Below are positions 24,101 to 40,247 of a stretch of 64,000 nucleotides of DNA, in pieces. Position 1 is the stretch's first letter. Every line of letters begins with the position of its first letter. The stretch is taken from positions 88,234 through 152,233 of the forward strand of contig JAUCBJ010000644.1 in the NCBI GenBank assembly GCA_032718475.1, in the 5' to 3' direction. The notes beneath the pieces were generated by a model. It ran no database searches and had not been told where the DNA came from. It was given only the letters and a program-made list of their open reading frames with translations. This DNA comes from Nemertoderma westbladi (Eukaryota > Animalia > Xenacoelomorpha). Made by a program: the position numbers and the translations under genes.

Positions 24101-27100
24101 CCACTCCATCTACCTCTGACATCCCCCGTCCACCAACTCCATCTACCTCCAAGTCCTCCTGTCCACCCACTCCATATACATCTGACATCCGCCGTCCACC
24201 AACTCCATCTACCTCCAACTCCTCCTGTCCACCCACTCCATATACATCTGACATCCCCCGTCCACGCACTCCATCTACCTCTGACATCCCCCGGCCACCA
24301 ACTCCATCTACCTCAAACTCCTCCTGTCCACCCAATCCATCTACCTCTGACATCCGCCGTCCACCAACTCCATCTACCTCCAACTCCTCCTGTCCACCCA
24401 CTCCATATACATCTGACATCCCCCGTCCACGCACTCCATCTACCTCTGACATCCCCCGTCCACCAACTCCATCTACCTCTGACATCCTCTGTCCACCCAC
24501 TCCATATACATCTGACATCCGCCGTCCACCAACTCCATCTACCTCCAACTCCTCCTGTCCACCCAATCCATCTACCTCTGACATCCCCCGTCCACCCACT
24601 CCATCTACCTCTGACATCCCCCGTCCACCAACTCCATCTACCTCCAACTCCTCCTGTCCACCCACTCCATATACATCTGACATCCCCCGTCCACGCACTC
24701 CATCTACCTCTGACATCCCCCGGCCACCAACTCCATCTACCTCCAACTCCTCTGTCCACCCACTCCATCTACCTCCGACATCCCCTGTCCACGCACTCCA
24801 TCTACCTCTGACATCCCCCGTCCACCAACTCCATCTACCTCAAAGTCCTCCTGTCCACCCAATCCATCTACCTCTGACATCCCCCGTCCACCAACTCCAT
24901 CTACCTCCAAGTCCTCGTGTCCACCCACTCCATATACATCTGACATCCCCCGTCCACGCACTCCATCTACCTCTGACATCCCCCGTCCACCAACTCCATC
25001 TACCTCAAAGTCCTCCTGTCCACCCAATCCATCTACCTCTGACATCCCCCGTCCACCAACTCCATCTACCTCCAAGTCCTCCTGTCCACCCACTCCATAT
25101 ACATCTGACATCCCCCGTCCACCCACTCCATCTACCTCCAACTCCTCCTGTCCACCCACTCCATATACATCTGACATCCCCCGTCCACGCACTCCATCTA
25201 CCTCTGACATCCCCCGTCCACCAACTCCATCTACCTCCAAGTCCTCCTGTCCACCCACTCCATATACATCTGACATCCGCCGTCCACCAACTCCATCTAC
25301 CTCCAACTCCTCCTGTCCACCCACTCCATATACATCTGACATCCCCCGTCCACGCACTCCATCTACCTCTGACATCCCCCGGCCACCAACTCCATCTACC
25401 TCAAACTCCTCCTGTCCACCCAATCCATCTACCTCTGACATCCGCCGTCCACCAACTCCATCTACCTCCAACTCCTCCTGTCCACCCACTCCATATACAT
25501 CTGACATCCCCCGTCCACGCACTCCATCTACCTCTGACATCCCCCGTCCACCAACTCCATCTACCTCTGACATCCTCTGTCCACCCACTCCATATACATC
25601 TGACATCCGCCGTCCACCAACTCCATCTACCTCCAACTCCTCCTGTCCACCCAATCCATCTACCTCTGACATCCCCCGTCCACCCACTCCATCTACCTCT
25701 GACATCCCCCGTCCACCAACTCCATCTACCTCCAACTCCTCCTGTCCACCCACTCCATATACATCTGACATCCCCCGTCCACGCACTCCATCTACCTCTG
25801 ACATCCCCCGGCCACCAACTCCATCTACCTCCAACTCCTCTGTCCACCCACTCCATCTACCTCCGACATCCCCCATCCACCAACTCCATCTACCTCCAAC
25901 TCCTCCTGTCCACCCACTCCATATACATCTGACATCCCCCGTCCACGCACTCCATCTACCTCTGACATCCCCCGTCCACCAACTCCATCTACCTCAAAGT
26001 CCTCCTGTCCACCCAATCCATCTACCTCTGACATCCCCCGTCCACCCACTCCATCTACCTCCAACTCCTCCTGTCCACCCACTCCATATACATCTGACAT
26101 CCCCCGTCCACCAACTCCATCTACCTCCAACTCCTCCTGCCCACCCACTCCATATACATCTGACATCCCCGTCCACGCACTCCATCTACCTCTGACATCC
26201 CCCGTCCACCAACTCCATCTACCTTCAACTCCTCCTGCCCACCCATTCCATCTACCTCCAACATCCCTTGTCCACCAACTCCATCTACCTCCAACTCCTC
26301 CTGCCCACCAATTCCATCTACCTCTGACATCCCCCGTCCACCAACTCCATCTACCTCCAAGTCCTCCTGTCCACCCAATCCATATACATCTGACATCCCC
26401 CGGCCACCAACTCCATCTACCTCTGACATCCCCCGTCCATCCACTCCATCTACTTCTGACATCCCCATTCCACCAACTCCATCTACCTTCAAGTCCTCCT
26501 GTCCACCCACTCCATATACATCTGACATCCCCCGGCCACCAACTCTATCTACCTCTGACATCCCCCGTCCATCCACTCCATCTACTTCTGACATCCCCAT
26601 TCCACCAACTCCATCTACCTTCAAGTCCTCCTGTCCACCCACTCCATATACATCTGACATCCCCTGTCCACCAACTCCATCTACCTCCAACTCCTCCTGT
26701 CCACCCAATCCGTCTACCTCCAACATCCCCCGTCCACCCACTCCATATACATCTGACATCCCCCGGCCACCAACTCTATCTACCTCTGACATCCCCGTCC
26801 ATCCACTCCATCTACTTCTGACATCCCCATTCCACCAACTCCATCTACCTCCAACTCCTCCTGTCCACCCAATCCGTCTACCTCTGACATCCCCTGTCCA
26901 CCAACTCCATCTACCTCCAAGTCCTCCTGTCCACCCAATCCGTCTACCTCCAACATCCCCCGTCCACCCACTCCATATACATCTGACATCCGCCGTCCAC
27001 CCACTCCATATATTTCTGACATCCCCATTCCACCAACTCCATCTACCTCCAACTCCTCCTATCCTCCCAATCCGTCTACCTCTGACATCCCCCGTCCACC

Positions 27101-30100
27101 AACTCCATCTACCTTCAAGTCCTCCTGTCCACCCACTCCATATACATCTGACATCCCCCGTCCACCAACTCCATCTACCTCCAAGTCCTCCTGTCCACCC
27201 ACTCCATATACATCTGACATCCCCCGTCCACCCACTCCATCTACTTCTGACATCCCCATTCCACCAACTCCATCTACCTCCAACTCCTCCTGTCCACCCA
27301 ATCCGTCTACCTCTGACATCCCCCGTCCACCAACTCCATCTACCTCCAAGTCCTCCTGTCCACCCACTCCATATACATCTGACATCCCCCGTCCACCAAC
27401 TCCATCTACCTCCAAGTCCTCCTGTCCACCCACTCCATATACATCTGACATCCCCCGTCCACCAACTCTATCTACCTCTGACATCCCCTGTCCACGCACT
27501 CCATCTACCTCTGACATCCTCCGTCCACCAACTCCATCTACCTCCAACTCCTCCTGTCCACCCACTCCATATACATCTGACATCCCCCGTCCACGCACTC
27601 CATCTACCTCTGACATCCCCCGGCCACCAACTCCATCTACCTCAAACTCCTCCTGTCCACCCAATCCATCTACCTCTGACATCCGCCGTCCACCAACTCC
27701 ATCTACCTCCAACTCCTCCTGTCCACCCACTCCATATACATCTGACATCCCCCGTCCACGCACTCCATCTACCTCTGACATCCCCCGTCCACCAACTCCA
27801 TCTACCTCTGACATCCTCTGTCCACCCACTCCATATACATCTGACATCCGCCGTCCACCAACTCCATCTACCTCCAACTCCTCCTGTCCACCCAATCCAT
27901 CTACCTCTGACATCCCCCGTCCACCCACTCCATCTACCTCTGACATCCCCCGTCCACCAACTCCATCTACCTCCAACTCCTCCTGTCCACCCACTCCATA
28001 TACATCTTACATCCCCCGTCCACGCACTCCATCTACCTCTGACATCCCCCGGCCACCAACTCCATCTACCTCCAACTCCTCTGTCCACCCACTCCATCTA
28101 CCTCCGACATCCCCTGTCCACGCACTCCATCTACCTCTGACATCCCCCGTCCACCAACTCCATCTACCTCAAAGTCCTCCTGTCCACCCAATCCATCTAC
28201 CTCTGACATCCCCCGTCCACCAACTCCATCTACCTCCAAGTCCTCGTGTCCACCCACTCCATATACATCTGACATCCCCCGTCCACGCACTCCATCTACC
28301 TCTGACATCCCCCGTCCACCAACTCCATCTACCTCAAAGTCCTCCTGTCCACCCAATCCATCTACCTCTGACATCCCCCGTCCACCAACTCCATCTACCT
28401 CCAAGTCCTCCTGTCCACCCACTCCATATACATCTGACATCCCCCGTCCACCCACTCCATCTACCTCCAACTCCTCCTGTCCACCCACTCCATATACATC
28501 TGACATCCCCCGTCCACGCACTCCATCTACCTCTGACATCCCCCGTCCACCAACTCCATCTAACTCCAAGTCCTCCTGTCCACCCACTCCATATACATCT
28601 GACATCCGCCGTCCACCAACTCCATCTACCTCCAACTCCTCCTGTCCACCCACTCCATATACATCTGACATCCCCCGTCCACGCACTCCATCTACCTCTG
28701 ACATCCCCCGGCCACCAACTCCATCTACCTCAAACTCCTCCTGTCCACCCAATCCATCTACCTCTGACATCCGCCGTCCACCAACTCCATCTACCTCCAA
28801 CTCCTCCTGTCCACCCACTCCATATACATCTGACATCCCCCGTCCACGCACTCCATCTACCTCTGACATCCCCCGTCCACCAACTCCATCTACCTCTGAC
28901 ATCCTCTGTCCACCCACTCCATATACATCTGACATCCGCCGTCCACCAACTCCATCTACCTCCAACTCCTCCTGTCCACCCAATCCATCTACCTCTGACA
29001 TCCCCCGTCCACCCACTCCATCTACCTCTGACATCCCCCGTCCACCAACTCCATCTACCTCCAACTCCTCCTGTCCACCCACTCCATATACATCTGACAA
29101 CCCCCGTCCACGCACTCCATCTACCTCTGACATCCCCCGGCCACCAACTCCATCTACCTCCAACTCCTCTGTCCACCCACTCCATCTACCTCCGACATCC
29201 CCCATCCACCAACTCCATCTACCTCCAACTCCTCCTGTCCACCCACTCCATATACATCTGACATCCCCCGTCCACGCACTCCATCTACCTCTGACATCCC
29301 CCGTCCACCAACTCCATCTACCTCAAAGTCCTCCTGTCCACCCAATCCATCTACCTCTGACATCCCCCGTCCACCCACTCCATCTACCTCCAACTCCTCC
29401 TGTCCACCCACTCCATATACATCTGACATCCCCCGTCCACCAACTCCATCTACCTCCAACTCCTCCTGCCCACCCACTCCATATACATCTGACATCCCCC
29501 GTCCACGCACTCCATCTACCTCTGACATCCCCCGTCCACCAACTCCATCTACCTTCAACTCCTCCTGCCCACCCAATCCATCTACCTCTGACATCCCCCG
29601 TCCACCCACTCCATCTACCTCTGACATCCCCCGTCCACCAACTCCATCTACCTCCAACTCCTCCTGTCCACCCACTCCATATACATCTGACATCCCCCGT
29701 CCACGCACTCCATCTACCTCTGACATCCCCCGTCCACCAACTCCATCTACCTCCAACTCCTCTGTCCACCCACTCCATCTACCTCCGACATCCCCTGTCC
29801 ACCACTCCATCTACCTCTGACATCCCCCGTCCACCAACTCCATCTACCTCAAAGTCCTCCTGTCCACCCAATCCATCTACCTCTGACATCCCCCGTCCAC
29901 CAACTCCATCTACCTCCAAGTCCTCGTGTCCACCCACTCCATATACATCTGACATCCCCCGTCCACGCACTCCATCTACCTCTGACATCCCCCGTCCACC
30001 AACTCCATCTACCTCAAAGTCCTCCTGTCCACCCAATCCATCTACCTCTGACATCCCCCGTCCACCAACTCCATCTACCTCCAAGTCCTCCTGTCCACCC

Positions 30101-33100
30101 ACTCCATATACATCTGACATCCCCCGTCCACCCACTCCATCTACCTCCAACTCCTCCTGTCCACCCACTCCATATACATCTGACATCCCCCGTCCACGCA
30201 CTCCATCTACCTCTGACATCCCCCGTCCACCAACTCCATCTACCTCCAAGTCCTCCTGTCCACCCACTCCATATACATCTGACATCCGCCGTCCACCAAC
30301 TCCATCTACCTCCAACTCCTCCTGTCCACCCACTCCATATACATCTGACATCCCCCGTCCACGCACTCCATCTACCTCTGACATCCCCCGGCCACCAACT
30401 CCATCTACCTCCAACTCCTCCTGTCCACCCACTCCATCTACCTCTGACATCCCCCGTCCACCAACTCCATCTACCTCCAACTCCTCCTGTCCACCCACTC
30501 CATATACATCTGACATCCCCCGTCCACGCACTCCATCTACCTCTGACATCCCCCGTCCACCAACTCCATCTACCTCTGACATCCTCTGTCCACCCACTCC
30601 ATATACATCTGACATCCGCCGTCCACCAACTCCATCTACCTCCAACTCCTCCTGTCCACCCAATCCATCTACCTTTGACATCCCCCGTCCACCCACTCCA
30701 TCTACCTCTGACATCCCCCGTCCACCAACTCCATCTACCTCCAACTCCTCCTGTCCACCCACTCCATATACATCTGACATCCCCCGTCCACGCACTCCAT
30801 CTACCTCTGACATCCCCCGGCCACCAACTCCATCTACCTCCAACTCCTCCTGTCCACCCACTCCATCTACCTCTGACATCCCCCATCCACCAACTCCATC
30901 TACCTCCAACTCCTCCTGTCCACCCACTCCATATACATCTGACATCCCCCGTCCACGCACTCCATCTACCTCTGACATCCCCCGTCCACCAACTCCATCT
31001 ACCTCAAAGTCCTCCTGTCCACCCAATCCATCTACCTCTGACATCCCCCGTCCACCCACTCCATCTACCTCCAACTCCTCCTGTCCACCCACTCCATATA
31101 CATCTGACATCCCCCGTCCACCAACTCCATCTACCTCCAACTCCTCCTGCCCACCCACTCCATATACATCTGACATCCCCCGTCCACGCACTCCATCTAC
31201 CTCTGACATCCCCCGTCCACCAACTCCATCTACCTTCAACTCCTCCTGCCCACCCATTCCATCTACCTCCAACATCCCCCGTCCACGCACTCCATCTACC
31301 TCTGACATCCCCCGTCCACCAACTCCATCTACCTCAAAGTCCTCCTGTCCACCCAATCCATCTACCTCTGACATCCCCCGTCCACCCACTCCATCTACCT
31401 CCAACTCCTCCTGTCCACCCACTCCATATACATCTGACATCCCCCGTCCACCAACTCCATCTACCTCCAACTCCTCCTGCCCACCCACTCCATATACATC
31501 TGACATCCCCCGTCCACGCACTCCATCTACCTCTGACATCCCCCGTCCACCAACTCCATCTACCTTCAACTCCTCCTGCCCACCCATTCCATCTACCTCC
31601 AACATCCCCCGTCCACGCACTCCATCTACCTCTGACATCCCCCGTCCACCAACTCCATCTACCTCAAAGTCCTCCTGTCCACCCAATCCATCTACCTCTG
31701 ACATCCCCCGTCCACCCACTCCATCTACCTCCAACTCCTCCTGTCCACCCACTCCATATACATCTGACATCCCCCGTCCACCAACTCCATCTACCTCCAA
31801 CTCCTCCTGCCCACCCACTCCATATACATCTGACATCCCCCGTCCACGCACTCCATCTACCTCTGACATCCCCCGTCCACCAACTCCATCTACCTTCAAC
31901 TCCTCCTGCCCACCCATTCCATCTACCTCCAACATCCCCCGTCCACGCACTCCATCTACCTCTGACATCCCCCGTCCACCAACTCCATCTACCTCAAAGT
32001 CCTCCTGTCCACCCAATCCATCTACCTCTGACATCCCCCGTCCACCCACTCCATCTACCTCCAACTCCTCCTGTCCACCCACTCCATATACATCTGACAT
32101 CCCCCGTCCACCAACTCCATCTACCTCCAACTCCTCCTGCCCACCCACTCCATATACATCTGACATCCCCCGTCCACGCACTCCATCTACCTCTGACATC
32201 CCCCGTCCACCAACTCCATCTACCTCCAACTCCTCCTGCCCACCCATTCCATCTACCTCCAACATCCCCCGTCCACGCACTCCATCTACCTCCAACTCCT
32301 CCTGTCCACCCACTCCATATACATCTGACATCCCCCGTCCACCAACTCCATCTACCTCCAACTCCTCCTGCCCACCCACTCCATATACATCTGACATCCC
32401 CCGTCCACGCACTCCATCTACCTCTGACATCCCCCGTCCACCAACTCCATCTACCTCAAAGTCCTCCTGTCCACCCAATCCATCTACCTCTGACATCCCC
32501 CGTCCACCCACTCCATCTACCTCCAACTCCTCCTGTCCACCCACTCCATATACATCTGACATCCCCCGTCCACCAACTCCATCTACCTCCAACTCCTCCT
32601 GCCCACCCACTCCATATACATCTGACATCCCCCGTCCACGCACTCCATCTACCTCTGACATCCCCCGTCCACCAACTCCATCTACCTCAAACTCCTCCTG
32701 CCCACCCATTCCATCTACCTCCAACTCCTCCTGCCCACCCATTCCATCTACCTCCTACATCCCTTGTCCACCAACTCCATCTACCTCCAACATCCTTTGT
32801 CTATCTACTCCATCTATCTCCAACATCCCATGTCCACCCACTCCTTCTATCTCCGCCGACATTACCAGTCCACCCACTCCATCTATCTACCTCCAACATC
32901 CCCCGTCCACCCAATCCATCTACCTCCAACACCTCCTTCCCACCCATTCCATCTACCTCCTACATCCCTTGTCCACCAACTCCATCTACCTCCAATATCC
33001 CTTGTCCACCCAATCCATCTACCTCTGACATCCCCTCTCACCAATTCCATCTACCTCTGACATCCCCCGTCCACCAACTCCATCTACCTCCAAGTCCTCC

Positions 33101-34967
33101 TGTCCACCCAATCCATATACATCTGACATCCCCCGGCCACCAACTCCATCTACCTCTGACATCCCCCGTCCATCCACTCCATCTACTTCTGACATCCCCA
33201 TTCCACCAACTCCATCTACCTTCAAGTCCTCCTGTCCACCCACTCCATATACATCTGACATCCCCCGGCCACCAACTCTATCTACCTCTGACATCCCCCG
33301 TCCATCCACTCCATCTACTTCTGACATCCCCATTCCACCAACTCCATCTACCTTCAAGTCCTCCTGTCCACCCACTCCATATACATCTGACATCCCCTGT
33401 CCACCAACTCCATCTACCTCCAACTCCTCCTGTCCACCCAATCCGTCTACCTCCAACATCCCCCGTCCACCCACTCCATATACATCTGACATCCCCCGGC
33501 CACCAACTCTATCTACCTCTGACATCCCCCGTCCATCCACTCCATCTACTTCTGACATCCCCATTCCACCAACTCCATCTACCTCCAACTCCTCCTGTCC
33601 ACCCAATCCGTCTACCTCTGACATCCCCTGTCCACCAACTCCATCTACCTCCAAGTCCTCCTGTCCACCCAATCCGTCTACCTCCAACATCCCCCGTCCA
33701 CCCACTCCATATACATCTGACATCCGCCGTCCACCCACTCCATATATTTCTGACATCCCCATTCCACCAACTCCCACCTCCCTCCTCCTATCCTCCCAAT
33801 CCGTCTACCTCTGACATCCCCCGTCCACCAACTCCATCTACCTTCAAGTCCTCCTGTCCACCCACTCCATATACATCTGACATCCCCCGTCCACCAACTC
33901 CATCTACCTCCAAGTCCTCCTGTCCATATACATCTGACATCCCCCGTCCACCCACTCCATCTACTTCTGACATCCCCATTCCACCAACTCCATCTACCTC
34001 CAACTCCTCCTGTCCACCCAATCCGTCTACCTCTGACATCCCCCGTCCACCAACTCCATCTACCTCCAAGTCCTCCTGTCCACCCACTCCATATACATCT
34101 GACATCCCCCGTCCACCAACTCCATCTACCTCCAAGTCCTCCTGTCCACCCACTCCATATACATCTGACATCCCCCGTCCACCAACTCTATCTACCTCTG
34201 ACATCCCCTGTCCACGCACTCCATCTACCTCTGACATCCTCCGTCCACCAACTCCATCTACCTCCAACTCCTCCTGTCCACCCACTCCATATACATCTGA
34301 CATCCCCCGTCCACGCACTCCATCTACCTCCAACTCCTCCTGCCCACCCATTCCATCTACCTCCAACATCCCTTGTCCACCAACTCCATCTACCTCCAAC
34401 ATCCCTTGTCTATCTACTCCATCTACCTCCAACATCCCATGTCCACCCACTCCTTCTATCTCCGCCGACATTACCAGTCCACCCACTCCATCTATCTACC
34501 TCCAACATCCCCCGTCCACCCAATCCATCTACCTCCAACACCTCCTTCCCACCCATTCCATCTACCTCCTACATCCCTTGTCCACCAACTCCATCTACCT
34601 CCAATATCCCTTGTCCACCCAATCCATCTACCTCTGACATCCCCTCTCACCAATTCCATCTACCTCTGACATCCGCCGTCCACCCACTCCATCTACCACC
34701 AACTCCTCCTGTCCACCCAATCCATCTACCTCCATCTCCTCCTGTCCACCCAATCCATCTACCTCTGACATCCCAAGTCCACCCACTCCATCTACCTCCA
34801 ACATCCCCCGTCCACCCACTCCATATACATCTGACATCCCCCGTCCACGCACTCCATCTACCTCTGACATCCCCCGGCCACCAACTCCATCTACCTTCAA
34901 GTCCTCCTGTCCACCCACTCCATATACATCTGACATCCCCCGGCCACCAACTCTTTCTACCTCTGAC

Positions 34968-35279
34968 TGCTTGGTTCCCCCAAGCTTGACACTAGAACAA
35001 AATCGCCTCCGCTTTGCAGGACATTGCTTTCGCCGTGAGGACCAGCCATTGCATAATCTTGTACTTTGGCAGCCCCATGGAGTGTATAAGCATGGTGGAC
35101 AGCCCATGACTTTCTTGAGACGCATCTTAGAGGACACTGGCCTTAAAGATGCGGATGATCTAGCAAATGTCATGGGTGATAGGGAGTTGTGGCGGTGCAA
35201 TTTTGTTGACAAGCCGGCACAGCATTCTTAAAAATGCAGCTGCAATGCAGCATGCCGATCCTAGTAGTAGTAGTAGTAG
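34968..35279 (+). mobile_element. 5'-truncated 3' end of the same RTE-like LINE family, with (TAG)6 tail
   Basis: From 34971 it matches the reverse complement of the 3' end of the 12.2-15.2 kb LINE (VPPSLTLEQNRLRFAGHC...KPAQHS, 3 aa differences) and ends GATCC(TAG)6. Confidence 0.95.
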
Positions 35280-38200
35280 AAATCCCCCGTCCACCCACTC
35301 CATCTACCTCTGACATTCCCCGTCCACCAACTCCATCTACCTCCAACTCCTCCTGTCCACCCACTCCATCTACCTCTGACATCCCCCGTCCACCAACTCC
35401 ATCTACCTCCAACTCCTCCTGTCCACCCACTCCATATACATCTGACATCCCCCGTCCACCAACTCTATCTACCTCTGACATCCTCCTGTCCACCAACTCT
35501 ATCTCCTCTGACATTCCCCGTCCACCAACTCCATCTACCTCCAACTCCTCCTGTCCACCCACTCCATCTACCTCTGACATCCCCCGTCCACCAACTCCAT
35601 CTACCTCCAAGTCCTCCTGTCCACCCACTCCATATACATCTGACATCCCCCGTCCACCCACTCCATCTACCTCCAACTCCTCCTGTCCACCCACTCCATA
35701 TACATCTGACATCCCCCGTCCACCAACTCCATCTACCTCCAACTCCTCCTGCCCACCCACTCCATATACATCTGACATCCCCCGTCCACGCACTCCATCT
35801 ACCTCTGACATCCCCCGTCCACCAACTCCATCTACCTCCAACTCCTCCTGCCCACCCATTCCATCTACCTCCAACATCCCCCGTCCACGCACTCCATCTA
35901 CCTCCAACTCCTCCTGTCCACCCACTCCATATACATCTGACATCCCCCGTCCACCAACTCCATCTACCTCCAACTCCTCCTGCCCACCCACTCCATATAC
36001 ATCTGACATCCCCCGTCCACGCACTCCATCTACCTCTGACATCCCCCGTCCACCAACTCCATCTACCTTCAACTCCTCCTGCCCACCCATTCCATCTACC
36101 TCCAACATCCCCCGTCCACGCACTCCATCTACCTCTGACATCCCCCGTCCACCAACTCCATCTACCTCAAAGTCCTCCTGTCCACCCAATCCATCTACCT
36201 CTGACATCCCCCGTCCACCCACTCCATCTACCTCCAACTCCTCCTGTCCACCCACTCCATATACATCTGACATCCCCCGTCCACCAACTCCATCTACCTC
36301 CAACTCCTCCTGCCCACCCACTCCATATACATCTGACATCCCCCGTCCACGCACTCCATCTACCTCTGACATCCCCCGTCCACCAACTCCATCTACCTCC
36401 AACTCCTCCTGCCCACCCATTCCATCTACCTCCAACATCCCCCGTCCACGCACTCCATCTACCTCCAACTCCTCCTGTCCACCCACTCCATATACATCTG
36501 ACATCCCCCGTCCACCAACTCCATCTACCTCCAACTCCTCCTGCCCACCCACTCCATATACATCTGACATCCCCCGTCCACGCACTCCATCTACCTCTGA
36601 CATCCCCCGTCCACCAACTCCATCTACCTCAAAGTCCTCCTGTCCACCCAATCCATCTACCTCTGACATCCCCCGTCCACCCACTCCATCTACCTCCAAC
36701 TCCTCCTGTCCACCCACTCCATATACATCTGACATCCCCCGTCCACCAACTCCATCTACCTCCAACTCCTCCTGCCCACCCACTCCATATACATCTGACA
36801 TCCCCCGTCCACGCACTCCATCTACCTCTGACATCCCCCGTCCACCAACTCCATCTACCTCAAACTCCTCCTGCCCACCCATTCCATCTACCTCCAACTC
36901 CTCCTGCCCACCCATTCCATCTACCTCCTACATCCCTTGTCCACCAACTCCATCTACCTCCAATATCCCTTGTCCACCCAATCCATCTACCTCTGACATC
37001 CCCTCTCACCAATTCCATCTACCTCTGACATCCCCCGTCCACCAACTCCATCTACCTCAAACTCCTCCTGCCCACCCATTCCATCTACCTCCAACTCCTC
37101 CTGCCCACCCATTCCATCTACCTCCTACATCCCTTGTCCACCAACTCCATCTACCTCCAATATCCCTTGTCCACCCAATCCATCTACCTCTGACATCCCC
37201 TCTCACCCATTCCATCTACCTCCAACATCCCCCGTCCACGCACTCCATCTACCTCCAACTCCTCCTGTCCACCCACTCCATATACATCTGACATCCCCCG
37301 TCCACCAACTCCATCTACCTCCAACTCCTCCTGCCCACCCACTCCATATACATCTGACATCCCCCGTCCACGCACTCCATCTACCTCTGACATCCCCCGT
37401 CCACCAACTCCATCTACCTCAAAGTCCTCCTGTCCACCCAATCCATCTACCTCTGACATCCCCCGTCCACCCACTCCATCTACCTCCAACTCCTCCTGTC
37501 CACCCACTCCATATACATCTGACATCCCCCGTCCACCAACTCCATCTACCTCCAACTCCTCCTGCCCACCCACTCCATATACATCTGACATCCCCCGTCC
37601 ACGCACTCCATCTACCTCTGACATCCCCCGTCCACCAACTCCATCTACCTCAAACTCCTCCTGCCCACCCATTCCATCTACCTCCAACTCCTCCTGCCCA
37701 CCCATTCCATCTACCTCCTACATCCCTTGTCCACCAACTCCATCTACCTCCAACATCCTTTGTCTATCTACTCCATCTATCTCCAACATCCCATGTCCAC
37801 CCACTCCTTCTATCTCCGCCGACATTACCAGTCCACCCACTCCATCTATCTACCTCCAACATCCCCCGTCCACCCAATCCATCTACCTCCAACACCTCCT
37901 TCCCACCCATTCCATCTACCTCCTACATCCCTTGTCCACCAACTCCATCTACCTCCAATATCCCTTGTCCACCCAATCCATCTACCTCTGACATCCCCTC
38001 TCACCAATTCCATCTACCTCTGACATCCCCCGTCCACCAACTCCATCTACCTCCAAGTCCTCCTGTCCACCCAATCCATATACATCTGACATCCCCCGGC
38101 CACCAACTCCATCTACCTCTGACATCCCCCGTCCATCCACTCCATCTACTTCTGACATCCCCATTCCACCAACTCCATCTACCTTCAAGTCCTCCTGTCC

Positions 38201-39935
38201 ACCCACTCCATATACATCTGACATCCCCCGGCCACCAACTCTATCTACCTCTGACATCCCCCGTCCATCCACTCCATCTACTTCTGACATCCCCATTCCA
38301 CCAACTCCATCTACCTTCAAGTCCTCCTGTCCACCCACTCCATATACATCTGACATCCCCTGTCCACCAACTCCATCTACCTCCAACTCCTCCTGTCCAC
38401 CCAATCCGTCTACCTCCAACATCCCCCGTCCACCCACTCCATATACATCTGACATCCCCCGGCCACCAACTCTATCTACCTCTGACATCCCCCGTCCATC
38501 CACTCCATCTACTTCTGACATCCCCATTCCACCAACTCCATCTACCTCCAACTCCTCCTGTCCACCCAATCCGTCTACCTCTGACATCCCCTGTCCACCA
38601 ACTCCATCTACCTCCAAGTCCTCCTGTCCACCCAATCCGTCTACCTCCAACATCCCCCGTCCACCCACTCCATATACATCTGACATCCGCCGTCCACCCA
38701 CTCCATATATTTCTGACATCCCCATTCCACCAACTCCATCTACCTCCAACTCCTCCTATCCTCCCAATCCGTCTACCTCTGACATCCCCCGTCCACCAAC
38801 TCCATCTACCTTCAAGTCCTCCTGTCCACCCACTCCATATACATCTGACATCCCCCGTCCACCAACTCCATCTACCTCCAAGTCCTCCTGTCCATATACA
38901 TCTGACATCCCCCGTCCACCCACTCCATCTACTTCTGACATCCCCATTCCACCAACTCCATCTACCTCCAACTCCTCCTGTCCACCCAATCCGTCTACCT
39001 CTGACATCCCCCGTCCACCAACTCCATCTACCTCCAAGTCCTCCTGTCCACCCACTCCATATACATCTGACATCCCCCGTCCACCAACTCCATCTACCTC
39101 CAAGTCCTCCTGTCCACCCACTCCATATACATCTGACATCCCCCGTCCACCAACTCTATCTACCTCTGACATCCCCTGTCCACGCACTCCATCTACCTCT
39201 GACATCCTCCGTCCACCAACTCCATCTACCTCCAACTCCTCCTGTCCACCCACTCCATATACATCTGACATCCCCCGTCCACGCACTCCATCTACCTCCA
39301 ACTCCTCCTGCCCACCCATTCCATCTACCTCCAACATCCCTTGTCCACCAACTCCATCTACCTCCAACATCCCTTGTCTATCTACTCCATCTACCTCCAA
39401 CATCCCATGTCCACCCACTCCTTCTATCTCCGCCGACATTACCAGTCCACCCACTCCATCTATCTACCTCCAACATCCCCCGTCCACCCAATCCATCTAC
39501 CTCCAACACCTCCTTCCCACCCATTCCATCTACCTCCTACATCCCTTGTCCACCAACTCCATCTACCTCCAATATCCCTTGTCCACCCAATCCATCTACC
39601 TCTGACATCCCCTCTCACCAATTCCATCTACCTCTGACATCCGCCGTCCACCCACTCCATCTACCACCAACTCCTCCTGTCCACCCAATCCATCTACCTC
39701 CATCTCCTCCTGTCCACCCAATCCATCTACCTCTGACATCCCAAGTCCACCCACTCCATCTACCTCCAACATCCCCCGTCCACCCACTCCATATACATCT
39801 GACATCCCCCGTCCACGCACTCCATCTACCTCTGACATCCCCCGGCCACCAACTCCATCTACCTTCAAGTCCTCCTGTCCACCCACTCCATATACATCTG
39901 ACATCCCCCGGCCACCAACTCTTTCTACCTCTGAC

Positions 39936-40247
39936 TGCTTGGTTCCCCCAAGCTTGACACTAGAACAAAATCGCCTCCGCTTTGCAGGACATTGCTTTCG
40001 CCGTGAGGACCAGCCATTGCATAATCTTGTACTTTGGCAGCCCCATGGAGTGTATAAGCATGGTGGACAGCCCATGACTTTCTTGAGACGCATCTTAGAG
40101 GACACTGGCCTTAAAGATGCGGATGATCTAGCAAATGTCATGGGTGATAGGGAGTTGTGGCGGTGCAATTTTGTTGACAAGCCGGCACAGCATTCTTAAA
40201 AATGCAGCTGCAATGCAGCATGCCGATCCTAGTAGTAGTAGTAGTAG
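39936..40247 (+). mobile_element. Duplicate of the 34968-35279 LINE fragment
   Basis: Same sequence, junctions, tail length and flanking satellite variants, at offset 4968 bp. Confidence 0.95.
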
